From Solirubrobacteraceae bacterium (lineage in GTDB: Bacteria; Actinomycetota; Thermoleophilia; Solirubrobacterales; Solirubrobacteraceae), in contig DASYKG010000082.1 in NCBI GenBank assembly GCA_035995645.1, positions 14,205 through 78,204 on the forward strand: a DNA stretch of 64,000 bases, in the 5' to 3' direction. The notes under the pieces are model-generated. The model was not told the origin of the DNA. It saw only the letters and a program-made list of their open reading frames with translations, and made no database searches. Numbering within the stretch: the first letter of the stretch is position 1; each line of letters starts with the position of its first letter. The translations under genes were made by a program, and so were the position numbers. Positions 9,676 through 19,300 of this stretch are shown in pieces.

Positions 9676-10341
9676 CTACCGCGGGTCCGCGCGGTCGAGG
9701 TTCCAGTGGCGCGAGACCGAGCACAGCCGCAGCCACGGCTCGTCGTCGTCGCCGCCGTCGCGCGCCTGACGGGGGCGCGCGATCATGTAGAAGCGGGTGA
9801 TCGTGCGCTGGCCGCCCTCGTGGTCGCCGTAGAGCAGGTCGACGCTCAGCGGCCCCCCCGTGGCGATCGCCTCGCGCACCGGCGCGTAGAGGTCGTCCTC
9901 GGAGTCGCGCAGCGCGGCCTGCCAGAAGCTGACGTCTCCGGCGGGCACGTACAGGTCGCGCGTCTGCGTGCGGAAGTCGCCGATGTCCGGATGCGGATCG
10001 TCCAGGCCGGCGCGCCGCGGCCACAGATGCCAGCCGTGCAGCACGGCGATGCCGGAGGCGACGTTGCGCAGCGGCATCGCGAGATAGATGTTGCCTTCGG
10101 CCTCCTGCGCCACGGCCAGCCCGCCGGGCAGCGCGACCCAGTGATCGTCGCCATAGCCGACCTTCTGCGTCGGGTCCTGCGGGCGCGCGTTGAACAGCAC
10201 CGGTCGCAGGCCGACCTTCAGCGACTGCTCGGAGATGCGCGCCGCGCGGTTGGCCGAGCGCGTGGCGGAGAACGTCGCGACCGCCAGCACGAGCGTGCCG
10301 CCGGCCGTCGCCAGCGAGGCGATCGTGCCCGTGTCGGCCAT
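9676..10341 (-). CDS. Hypothetical protein with N-terminal hydrophobic segment
   Basis: Host-like codon usage; ATAGGTLVLAVATF hydrophobic N-terminus. Confidence 0.65.
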   Translation of the reverse strand: MADTGTIASLATAGGTLVLAVATFSATRSANRAARISEQSLKVGLRPVLFNARPQDPTQKVGYGDDHWVALPGGLAVAQEAEGNIYLAMPLRNVASGIAVLHGWHLWPRRAGLDDPHPDIGDFRTQTRDLYVPAGDVSFWQAALRDSEDDLYAPVREAIATGGPLSVDLLYGDHEGGQRTITRFYMIARPRQARDGGDDDEPWLRLCSVSRHWNLDRADPR

Positions 10342-10358
10342 CGCCGGAGGCTAGCGAT

Positions 10359-11252
10359 TTGCCGCGCCACCGCACGGGTTTCGCGCAGGCGTCGCGCCTC
10401 CGGTCTCACGCGCCGCCGGAGCCGGTGTGCCTTAATCGACGCGTGGCGGCGAACAGCGGGCCAAGGCAGCAGGGATCGTCCTCGCCGGCTGCGCTCGCGC
10501 GTCGGCTGCGCGACCCCGGCGAACGCATCTGGCTGGGCGTCGATCTGCTGATCGTCGCGTGGCTGATCTGGCTGTTCGACGCGATCAACAACCTCGCGCC
10601 CGTGCGCCAGCAGGTGGCCGAGCGAAACGGCGAGCGCGTGCTCGACCTGGAGCGTTCGCTGCACCTGGACCCCGAGCACGCGCTCGACACGTGGCTCGCC
10701 CGCCACAACGAGCTCAGCCAGGTGGTCGTGTTCTGGTATGAAAACGTGCACATCGTCGTCACGCTCGCGGTGTACGTGTTGCTGTGGTGGCGCCGCGCCG
10801 ACCTGCTCTGCGTGATGCGCTGGACGCTCGTGATCGTCAACCTGATCGCGCTCGCCGTCTTCTGGGCCTTTCCCGTCGCGCCACCGCGGATGCTCTCCGG
10901 CGCCTACGTCGACGTGGTCGCGCGCGTCGAGCACCTGCCCGTGTGGCAGTTCGGCGCCACGGCGCTGAACTCCAACCAGCTGTGCTCGCTGCCCTCGCTG
11001 CACATCGCCTGGGCGACGTGGTGCTCGATCGCCGTGTGGCACATGACGCAGCGCCGCTGGCTGCGCGCGATCGCCGTCGTGTACCCGCTGCTGACCACGT
11101 TCGCCGTGATGGCCACGGGCAACCACTTCCTCGCAGACGCCGTCGCCGGCGCGGGGGTCACCGGGGCGGTGTTCTTCGCGCTCACCCGCACGCCGATTCG
11201 CGGCTGGCTGGGCTGGCGGGCGCGTGTGGTCGGCGAGACTGCCGCGGCCTAG
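10359..11252 (+). CDS. PAP2 / inositol-phosphorylceramide synthase-like membrane protein (start uncertain)
   Basis: FPVAPPRML, LPSLHIAWA, ATGNHFLADA; several TM helices. Confidence 0.85.
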   Translation: MPRHRTGFAQASRLRSHAPPEPVCLNRRVAANSGPRQQGSSSPAALARRLRDPGERIWLGVDLLIVAWLIWLFDAINNLAPVRQQVAERNGERVLDLERSLHLDPEHALDTWLARHNELSQVVVFWYENVHIVVTLAVYVLLWWRRADLLCVMRWTLVIVNLIALAVFWAFPVAPPRMLSGAYVDVVARVEHLPVWQFGATALNSNQLCSLPSLHIAWATWCSIAVWHMTQRRWLRAIAVVYPLLTTFAVMATGNHFLADAVAGAGVTGAVFFALTRTPIRGWLGWRARVVGETAAA

Positions 11253-11989
11253 CGTCCACCGGCGACCGACCACTGGATCTGCCCGAGCCCGGGGAAGCCC
11301 AGCGCGGCAGCCGTCGCACCCGTCAGGTCCCACTCGCGCCCGGCGATGTACGGGCCGCGGTCGATCACCGGCACCGTCAGGCTGCGCCCGGCGTACGTGA
11401 ACGTGACCAGCGTGCCGCAAGGCGCCGTCTTGTGCGCGACCCCTAGCTGTTCGCGGCCGAGCACGCCGCCGCACGCCAGCCCGAGGCCGTAGTCGGTGAA
11501 CACCGACGCCACGCTCACCTGCATCCCCGCCCTCGGCTCCGAGGACCACGGCAGCAGCCCCGCCAAGCTGGCCGCCGCCGCGCTGAGCGCACGCTGGTGT
11601 TCTTCGCGATGGATCGCGTCCAGCTGAGCGAGCTCGCTGCGCACCTGCGCGTCCGAAGGCGCGCCCGGCGCCGGGCGAAACGCCGCCGGGACCGGGTGAG
11701 CCGGCGGCACGTTGCCGGGCGCTCGCTGCGCCGACGAGGTGGTCTGCGGCGAAGGTGATGGGGTCGGCGGTGAGGCCTTTGCGGCGGTCGGCGGGGCCTT
11801 TGCGGCGGTCGGCGCGCTTGCGCCGCCGGGCGGCGGGTCGTTCGCTTGTGCGGTCGTCAGCGAAGACCGCCGGTGGGGCCCCGTGTCGGCCGGGGACGAT
11901 GCGCCGCAGCCGGCGGCGACTGCAGCGACCAGCGCGATCGTGGATGCGGCTGCCGCTGCGGCAATGCTCGGACGCCGCGATCGGTGCAT
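11249..11989 (-). CDS. RlpA-like (DPBB) lipoprotein
   Basis: Lipobox-like AVAAGC; C-terminal VAHKTAPCGT...VPVIDRGPY...REWDLT. Confidence 0.8.
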   Translation of the reverse strand: MHRSRRPSIAAAAAASTIALVAAVAAGCGASSPADTGPHRRSSLTTAQANDPPPGGASAPTAAKAPPTAAKASPPTPSPSPQTTSSAQRAPGNVPPAHPVPAAFRPAPGAPSDAQVRSELAQLDAIHREEHQRALSAAAASLAGLLPWSSEPRAGMQVSVASVFTDYGLGLACGGVLGREQLGVAHKTAPCGTLVTFTYAGRSLTVPVIDRGPYIAGREWDLTGATAAALGFPGLGQIQWSVAGGR

Positions 11990-12041
11990 CGAGGCATTAT
12001 CGGGGGCTGACGTGCTGGACGATGCAGGCCTGGCGCAGTGC

Positions 12042-12830
12042 TCATCGCCCGCTGAAGTTCGCCTCTCGTCGCTCGATGAAACTCATCATGCCCTCCTGGG
12101 CGTCCGCGGTGCCGATGAGCTCAATGAGCCGGGTACGTAGAGCGGCGCCGGCGATCTCTTCGCCGTCGCGCATCGCTTGTTGGGCCGAGGCGATCGTCGC
12201 TTTCACCCCGAGTGGTGCCTGCGCGCTGATGCGCTGCGCGAGTGAGACGGCGCGTTGGAGCTGTGTGCCAGGCTGGACGATCTCTTGGATCAGCCCGAGG
12301 CGCATCGCCTCGGTGGCGTCGAACTCATCACCGGTCAGCAGCCAACGCATCGCGTTGCCCCAGCCCGCTTCACGCGGCAGCCGGTAGGTCGCTCCGCCGA
12401 GCGGGAAGATCCCGCGCTGGACCTCGATCTGCGCGAAACGCGTATCTGAGGCTGCGATCCGGACGTCTGCGGCGAGCAAGAGCTCGATCCCGATCGTCAG
12501 GCACCAGCCGTGGGCGACGGCGATCAGCGGCGTCGTGCGTACGGGCCCCGTCGTGGCCACGGGGTTGAGCTCATCGCTCGCCCAGTCGCGCTCTCCCGCC
12601 GCGATTTGGGGCAGCACATCAGCGAGGTCAAGGCCCGCGGTGAAGTGCTCGCCGTGGGCGAAGAGCACACCGCAGCGCAGCTCCGCGTCGCACTCGAGCC
12701 GGTGGTAGGCCTTGCCGAGCTGTTGAAGCATGTCGGTGGTAAAGGCGTTGCGCTTGGTGGGCCGGTTCAGGCCGATCATGAGAAGGTGTCCGTCGCGCTC
12801 AACCGTGACGAGCGGCTCGGCCCCGCTCAT
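12042..12830 (-). CDS. Enoyl-CoA hydratase/crotonase family protein
   Basis: LNRPTKRNAF, FTAGLDL, GIELLLAADVR, EVQRGIFPLGG; ATGA overlap with upstream ADH. Confidence 0.92.
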   Translation of the reverse strand: MSGAEPLVTVERDGHLLMIGLNRPTKRNAFTTDMLQQLGKAYHRLECDAELRCGVLFAHGEHFTAGLDLADVLPQIAAGERDWASDELNPVATTGPVRTTPLIAVAHGWCLTIGIELLLAADVRIAASDTRFAQIEVQRGIFPLGGATYRLPREAGWGNAMRWLLTGDEFDATEAMRLGLIQEIVQPGTQLQRAVSLAQRISAQAPLGVKATIASAQQAMRDGEEIAGAALRTRLIELIGTADAQEGMMSFIERREANFSGR

Positions 12831-13879
12831 CGGCTCGCTGGCTTTCCCGCGGACACTCCAACGGGCTCCGCCACGAAGACGGGCTTTGAGCCTGCGCTCA
12901 GCATCTCGTCGGCCATGTCGAATGCCAGCAGGTCTGTTCTGATGAGCTCCGGGTTGATCCGTCCGCTGGAGAGCAGACGCAGCACCGCCGGGATGTCGGG
13001 GCGCGCGTTGCACAGTGAGCTACGGAAATGCACGCACTTCAAATGCATCGCCAGCAGCGGCATTGGAACTTCGTTGAAGTGGAAGGCCATGCTCTCGCAG
13101 TGCCCGCCCGGCCCGGTCGCGAGGACGGCGTTGCGCAGGGCGGTCCTCGAGTCCGTTGCGTTGAGCGTGATCTCGTATTCATGCTCGTCTGGTGAGAAGT
13201 CCTCAAGCATGCTCGTCTCGACTCCCAGGGTGTCGGCGAGCCCGAGGCGCATGGGATCGCGGTCCACGTAGCGGACGCGTCGCGCCCCGCACGCTCTGGC
13301 GATATCGGCCGCGAGCAGTCCGGTCGCGCAGGTGCTCATGATCAGCACGTCTGAACCCGGACGCTCCTCCAGATGGGGGACGATCGTGCGCCACGCATCG
13401 GTGAGGTTGTCGCCCGCCGAGACTGCTTGAAGCGGGGTCACGCCGTGCGGCAGGGGCACGAGTGAGTGTGCGGCGAACGGGACCCGGATGAGCTCTGAGA
13501 ACATGCCGCCGTAGTCACGCCCGAACGGCGTCCCGTAGCCCGCCTGGCCGTCGGTGGTGGCGACGCGACAGAACAGTGGCATCCCGCGGGCGCAGCGGTC
13601 ACAGGAGCCGCAGGAGATGTGGTAGGGGATCACGACCAGCTCGCCCGGGGCGACGTTCGTCACGGCGCTCCCGACTTCGGTGATTTCGCCCACGCCCTCA
13701 TGGCCGATCGGGTAGGGCTGCTCGGTGCCCGGTAGCGCACCGCGGATCACCGCCTGATCGAGGTCGCAGGTCGTCACGGCGACCGGACGCACGAGGGCGT
13801 CGGTCGCGGCTTCGAGTGTCGGAGCTGGGTCATCGCGCCATTCCAAGCCCCCGGCTCCGTCGTAGTACAGCGCGCGCAT
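12827..13879 (-). CDS. Zinc-dependent alcohol dehydrogenase family protein
   Basis: TCDLD, IGHEGVG, CGSCDRCARGMPLFC. Confidence 0.9.
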   Translation of the reverse strand: MRALYYDGAGGLEWRDDPAPTLEAATDALVRPVAVTTCDLDQAVIRGALPGTEQPYPIGHEGVGEITEVGSAVTNVAPGELVVIPYHISCGSCDRCARGMPLFCRVATTDGQAGYGTPFGRDYGGMFSELIRVPFAAHSLVPLPHGVTPLQAVSAGDNLTDAWRTIVPHLEERPGSDVLIMSTCATGLLAADIARACGARRVRYVDRDPMRLGLADTLGVETSMLEDFSPDEHEYEITLNATDSRTALRNAVLATGPGGHCESMAFHFNEVPMPLLAMHLKCVHFRSSLCNARPDIPAVLRLLSSGRINPELIRTDLLAFDMADEMLSAGSKPVFVAEPVGVSAGKPASR

Positions 13880-13883
13880 GGCG

Positions 13884-14438
13884 TCAGGCAGCCGAGGCGG
13901 CCGGCTGCGCGGGTCGCAGCGGAGAGCGCCGTTCGACGAGCTTCACGTGTCCACTCTCGACGTCGTAGACGGCTCCTGTGACCGACAGTGTGTCCGGGAT
14001 TAGCGGGTTGGCTGCGAGCGCGTCGATGTCGACGCGCACCGCTGCATATGGGTCCGTCACTGCCTTGCCGTCGAGCTCCTCGACAGTACAGCCGAGAAAT
14101 GCGGCGAGTCCGTCCTGGTGGTCGGCGCCTGTGAAATGGGTGATGCCGCAGTCGGTGTGCTGCATGAGGATCAGCTCAAACGAAGCGTCGCCTGCACCCA
14201 CAGCGGCCCCCGTGGCCTGCAGGAACAGAAGCTGTTGCAGGACGATCGGCGAGATTCGCCCGGCCGCGGCGCGTACCACGGCGGCGTCTCCCAGCTCGAG
14301 GCCGAGCACCTGTGCGGGGTCGACGCGTGGGTCGGGACAGGAGACGACGCAGGCCCGCAGCCGCGGGATGGTCTGCGCGGGCTCGTGGTGCTCTGCATAT
14401 CGCTTGTTGCGCCTTAGAAGCTCGTCAACGGAGTTCAT
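13884..14438 (-). CDS. Beta-class carbonic anhydrase
   Basis: VVSCPDPRV (CxDxR) and QHTDCG (HxxC); AAGGAG SD before ATG. Confidence 0.88.
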   Translation of the reverse strand: MNSVDELLRRNKRYAEHHEPAQTIPRLRACVVSCPDPRVDPAQVLGLELGDAAVVRAAAGRISPIVLQQLLFLQATGAAVGAGDASFELILMQHTDCGITHFTGADHQDGLAAFLGCTVEELDGKAVTDPYAAVRVDIDALAANPLIPDTLSVTGAVYDVESGHVKLVERRSPLRPAQPAASAA

Positions 14439-14487
14439 TTCTCCCTTTTCGTTCTGAGTTGGTAGCAACGGATGCCCGCCTAACTTG

Positions 14488-14525
14488 CGTAACGCAGATA
14501 CTTATAATTGCATAGTATCGTTACG
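14488..14525. promoter_or_regulatory. Imperfect inverted repeat (candidate TetR operator) enclosing a TATAAT -10 element
   Basis: CGTAAC-gca-GATACT-TATAATtgcat-AGTATC-GTTACG between divergent carbonic anhydrase and tetR. Confidence 0.6.
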
Positions 14526-14533
14526 AATGTCAA

Positions 14534-15100
14534 ATGCCGACCCAGGATGAGAGAAACAGGACGACCCGTAGCGCGCTGACGAGCGCGGCTCGTTCACTGT
14601 TCGCCGAGCGGGGATTTGCGGGGGTGTCGGTTGCCGAGATCGCGAGGAGCGCAGGCGTGACCACGGGGGCCCTCTACCACCAGTTCGGCAGCAAGCAGGA
14701 GCTGTTCAAGGCCGTGTACTCCGAGCTCGTGAACGGCGTCGCGGCACAGGTACTCAGGGCGCGCGAGCGCAGTGGCGAGCCGACGCTGCTCGGCGACTGT
14801 GAGGCGTACGTGGCGGCATGCGCGGACCCGGCGTTCAACCGCATCACGATCGACGGCCCGGCTGTGATCGGCTGGGATGAGATCCTCGACGAGGCACAGT
14901 CGATGATCAACACCAGCCTCATCGAAGCGAGGAGCCGCGGCGAACTGGCAGAGGCGCCGGTGGCGCCGCTCGCGCGCATGCTGGCGGCGGCGCTGAAGGA
15001 GGCGGCCGTCATCATCGCGACTGCCGATCATCCCGCTGAGGCGCGCCGGGCAGCACTGGATAGCTCGCGCAAACTGATCAGCGGCCTGCTGATCGTTTGA
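14534..15100 (+). CDS. TetR/AcrR family regulator
   Basis: AARSLFAERGFAGVSVAEIARSAGVTTGALYHQFGSKQELF. Confidence 0.93.
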   Translation: MPTQDERNRTTRSALTSAARSLFAERGFAGVSVAEIARSAGVTTGALYHQFGSKQELFKAVYSELVNGVAAQVLRARERSGEPTLLGDCEAYVAACADPAFNRITIDGPAVIGWDEILDEAQSMINTSLIEARSRGELAEAPVAPLARMLAAALKEAAVIIATADHPAEARRAALDSSRKLISGLLIV

Positions 15101-15254
15101 CGGTTTCAGGTCCGAAACCGGACTGGCGTAGGCGCCGATCAGGTTGGGCCGACCCGCGCGCTCAACGACATCGAGCAGCGCGAGCTCGACGAACGAATTC
15201 AGGAGTTGCGCTCGCTCAGCGGCGAGGGTGCTCGACCGTGCGAACGGGCGCTGG

Positions 15255-15345
15255 TCCCTCGAGGTCTGGGGCACGCACCTACTCCCGCCCCTCGGGAGCT
15301 ATCAACTGCGGGAGATCACACCGGCCCTCGTCCGAGCCTTCTTCA
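15255..15345 (+). pseudogene. Tyrosine integrase core-binding (SAM-like) domain remnant; boundaries approximate
   Basis: THLLPPLGSYQLREITPALVRAFF resembles the integrase N-terminal motif; no start and no catalytic domain. Confidence 0.5.
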
Positions 15346-15440
15346 GCGAGTGCGCTCAGCAGCGCGGCGATCTGGACCGCCGGGATCGACGTCTTGAACT
15401 TGGAACGCCGCTGCACGCGCTCGAGCTCGGCCTTGAGGCG
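15340..15440 (-). pseudogene. PIN-domain toxin fragment; boundaries approximate
   Basis: LKAELERVQRRSKFKTSIPAVQIAALLSAL resembles the middle of PIN-family TA toxins. Confidence 0.35.
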
Positions 15441-15484
15441 CACTCGTGTTCCAAGACGCACAAAGCCGCCTTACGCGGTTTGTT

Positions 15485-15519
15485 ATGGGCGATACTAGTT
15501 TGGGGCGATACTAGTTTGG
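15485..15519 (-). repeat. 16-bp tandem duplication containing the tRNA-Val 3' end (candidate att remnant)
   Basis: GGCGATACTAGTTTGG x2 (15488-15503, 15504-15519); ATGGGCGATACT (15485-15496) is the reverse complement of 31848-31859. Confidence 0.55.
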
Positions 15520-15609
15520 AAAGGTGCGAAAGTTGGCTTGGTAGAGCCGAACGCGGGATTACCTGCGAACCCTCGCCGACGCAGATGACAGCGCGCTCCT
15601 TCCGAGCCT

Positions 15610-16030
15610 GCCGTCAGCCGAGGCTCGTGAGGAACTCGCGCGGCGTCATGATCGGCGGGCGCGGGTCGCTGAGCTCGGTGAGATGCGTGTCGCCGGACAC
15701 GATGCAGTCGGCATCGACTGCCCGCGCGAGGGCGACCAGATAGTCGTCGTCTGGATCGGGCGCTCGCGCGTGCCTCCGGCTCAGCGGCCGAAACGCCCTT
15801 TTCGGAGAGCGTGCTCAGCAAGCGTCGATCTGGACCACGGGGACCGATCCCCTGAACCTTGGGCGGCCGAAGTGCTCGCTTGAGTTCAGCGAGCAGAGGG
15901 CTCAAATCACGTCGAGCTGGGAGGCGGCCCACCGTTTGGGAATCTGCGCGGGCCTTCCGGTCGGCGCGAACAGCGCAGACACACATAGACGTTGACGTGG
16001 AGAACTACCGTCGCACTCAGCGACGTGAGG
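15610..16030 (-). pseudogene. PIN-family TA toxin, multiply frameshifted; boundaries approximate
   Basis: Fragments in three frames: VVLHVNVYV / SALFAPTGRPAQI / SPLLAELKRALRPPK / DPDDDYLVALARAVDADCIVSGDTHL...IMTPREFL. Confidence 0.75.
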
Positions 16031-16152
16031 CATGCTGCTCTCGGATCTTGGCGTCGTCGAGGCGAAACTGAGTTCAGGTCGGGTTTGCGCCACAAAGCTC
16101 GGTTCGCTGGCTAACGGCGCGCGTGAAGCCCGCGAAGCAAACGCTCCGGAAA

Positions 16153-16177
16153 GCCTCGCTGGCCCGAACAGCGAGGC
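16153..16177 (-). terminator. Hairpin downstream of the giant gene (possible terminator)
   Basis: GCCTCGCTG-gcccgaa-CAGCGAGGC, 9-bp stem. Confidence 0.35.
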
Positions 16178-16353
16178 GCGGCTCCTTCCGCACGAGCCCT
16201 TCGTCTTTCAGACCGGTCGAGGTCTCCAGTGCGGCTTTCGGCCAACGATGCCTTCGTCGCGCCGGGCATGGAGCGCGCTTGCCCCAATCCGTCTCGCCGC
16301 TAAGTTCCTCGAACCACGAACCGCAACAAAAATCCTGGCGGGGAACAGCCGCA

Positions 16354-19300
16354 TCAGCCTTCGAGCATACTGCGATGCGCGAGTATGAGCCGCTCGCTGA
16401 AGTCCAGCGCGGCGCCGAGCGGTTCTTCACCGACCCAGGCGATCAGCTTGACGGGTTCTTCGCCCACGAACGCGTCGGGAACCTGTGCATATTCCCTCAG
16501 CTTTTCGCGCTTCCTCGCCCCTTGTCCTGCCACGACGATGACACCAGCATCGAAGTTGATCAAGTAGCTTCGCGCGAGCCTATTCGCAGGTCTGATCGTG
16601 CCGATAGCGCCACCTTCGAGCCTTATCGCGGGCTGCGTGCCGCAGTGAATTGTCGCAATCAGCCCTGCAAGCCCATGCCCGCTTGGGGAATTGGGCGCGG
16701 GCCCCAGCTCGTAGCCGAAGTGGCGCTTTCGTTCGACGTAGCCCAGCCTGTCTTCGCTCGGCATGAAACGCACCTCGCCCGGGATGATCCCCGACTGGCA
16801 CCGAGCGTTGCTCGGTCTCACGCGACAGCCCATCAACACTACGTTCGCCTGAACGCTGGTTTCGAGGACCTCGCCGCTGCTCGTGAGCTTCTTGCAACTG
16901 AGTTTGTGGTTACGCACGCGCATCACCACGGGTCCACCTGAGCCGGTGAAGCCAATCGGGAACAGTCCGCATTCCTGTTTGCCTTTGCTCTTCTTGCAGT
17001 AGCCGGTCCAACGAGGCGCGCGTGACTGCTGCCGAACGGCCAGGATTGCCGGCTCCGTGACCGCTTCGCCTTGCGAGTTTGAGAAGACGGCGTGGAACCG
17101 ATCGCCGGATTCTGCGACCGCCACATGTCCGAGGACGAGCGAGTACGAGGTCGCGCCGATTATATCGGCGTACGCCCCGCCGGCGTGGGATCGCTGCCAG
17201 CGGACAACCGGAACCGGATTGCCTTCGGCGCCGGCGGTGAAGACCGCCTGCACACCATCTGGGACGGTCACATCTTTAGGCTGCAGCTTGATGTTCGGGG
17301 CCGCGAGGGCCTTTCCGATCTCGATGCCTTCGCTGCGCTCGGTGCTGTGGCCGACTTCGTTGCTCGCCGTCACCTCGCACCAGATTTTGTGCGATGCATC
17401 GGCCGATGAGACCAGATAGTCCTCGCCGGTGGTGCCGGTCGGGGTGCCGTCGCGATCCCAGATGACGGCGTAAGTCGGCGATGGATATCCGGCCCACCGA
17501 CCCTTGTCGCACGTCAGATGTGCGCCGACTTCGGCCTGCCCTTGGATCGCTGGTGCACTTGTCGCGTTCGGCGCTTCGGTCACGAACACTGGTGCGCCGA
17601 CCGTCGTGTTCGTGCGCCCGTCGCCGGTCTTGACGATCAGCGTCGGCCTGTATTCCCCGCCGTGCTTGTACACGTGCGGGGTACTCGAACCGGAAGCCGT
17701 GGTGCCGTCGCCGAACTGCCATTCGTAGGTCAACGCACGACCTTCCGGATCGACCGATTCACCGCCGTTGAATTCGACTAGATACGGTGCGCCGCTGCGC
17801 TGCGACGGGTTGCTGAAGACGGCTTGGGGATTCTTATCGTGATGCGGCGTGACCGTCGTGTCGAGCGACACCTGCTCGCCGCTCGGAGCAAGCTGCTTGC
17901 CAACCGCTTCGACTTCCCATTCGCCGGGTTCCGGGTCGGGGATCGTGTAGGTCTCAGATGTGCCGGTGAGACTGTGTTCGACACCGGCCGGAATGTTTCC
18001 CCGGTCGATCGTCGTGCCGTTCGGCGCCTTGAACCGCAGTTCGACATCGCTTCCAGGCCACCGAACCACTCCGTTCAGCGCGGCGTCGAGGTCGGTCACC
18101 ACCGCCTTCTCGGTGAGGTTCTCCCCCGTGTGCAGGTTCTGGCTCGTTCCCTGCGGATTGGCGATCTCTTCCTCCAGGGCTTCCGCCATCGCTTCCTGCC
18201 CCCCTTTGTTCGGGTGGAAGGATTCGACCAGGCCACGTGGGCCAATCGGCGAGATTATCGGGTTGAAGAACGAATCCGGCGCGCCTTGGCACACGTCGTG
18301 GCCGTTGAAGCGCCGGCGTCCGTTGTAGTCGTTCGGGTTGACGAATTCGGCGCCCGCGGCGTGAGCGGCAGCTTCGATTTCGGCGTTCACGTCTTCAACC
18401 GTTTCATGCCAGTATTCGATGTCCGTGCCGCTGATGAGATCGCAGGTGAGCTTCGTCGAGAGCCCCGGCGCTCGTTCAGGGAATATCTCGGGGTAGCCCA
18501 TGACGATCACGCGAGGGTGGCCGGAAGTCTTGGCGATCGCTTCGTAGATGCCTTTCAGTCGTGAGCGCAGCCCCGGCATCAGAGCAGCGACGACCGGTGC
18601 CGCGGCGGCCTTGCAAGGAGGCAGCAGGTCGACCTCGGGGATGTTCACAACACGATCGACGATGCAGCCGATCAGGAAGTCTGCGAAGTAAACGTCGTTG
18701 CCGCCCATCGACAGGGTAACCAGGTTCGACCCCGGTGCGATCTCTTCCGATTGCGCCTTCGTGTTGCTCTCCTGGGGCGACCAGAAGGCACCCGTCTTCG
18801 CCCCGCTGCACGCCTTGAAGTTGAGGACTTCCAAGTTGTGCGTACGTTTCGCCGCGATCTTGAGGTAGGCCGATTCTTCCGAGCGGTGACAACTGTTTTC
18901 TCCCGGGTTTTCGCCGCGCGTTTCCGGCTCGAACGGCGGGTTGCCCTCGCCCGAGCTGAAGGAGTCGCCGAGGCCCGTCGCACGGCACCCGCCGAGGCTG
19001 TCGACGGCCGTCGTAGGCGAGGCCGTGACCGCGCCTTCTTCGCTTTCTACGGTCAGGGTGTAGGGCGCGACCTCGCCCTGCGTCGAGGTGCCCGCGAACG
19101 AGGCAGTGGCGAGGTTGCCCGTCAACGAGCCGCCGCTTAGGGTCGTTCCGTTGATCACGCCGGCCCATTTCTTGAGCGGGAAGTCCGGGTCTGTGAACGT
19201 GGCTGTCCCGGCGACGGCGCTGCTCCCGCATTCAGATTCGTCGGCCACCTGGATGTGCGGGTACTCCCCGGGGGTCACCTGATCGCTCCCGATCATCGGA

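Noticed and set aside
10218-11549. Long Arg/Ala/Pro-rich shadow ORFs (also 4503-6026, 51578-53044, 57785-59194, 58774-60198 and others)
   Set aside because: They overlap well-supported genes in other frames or strands; expected in GC-rich DNA where stop codons are rare.
15488-15519. 16-bp tandem repeat as a mini CRISPR array
   Set aside because: Only two abutting copies, no spacer.
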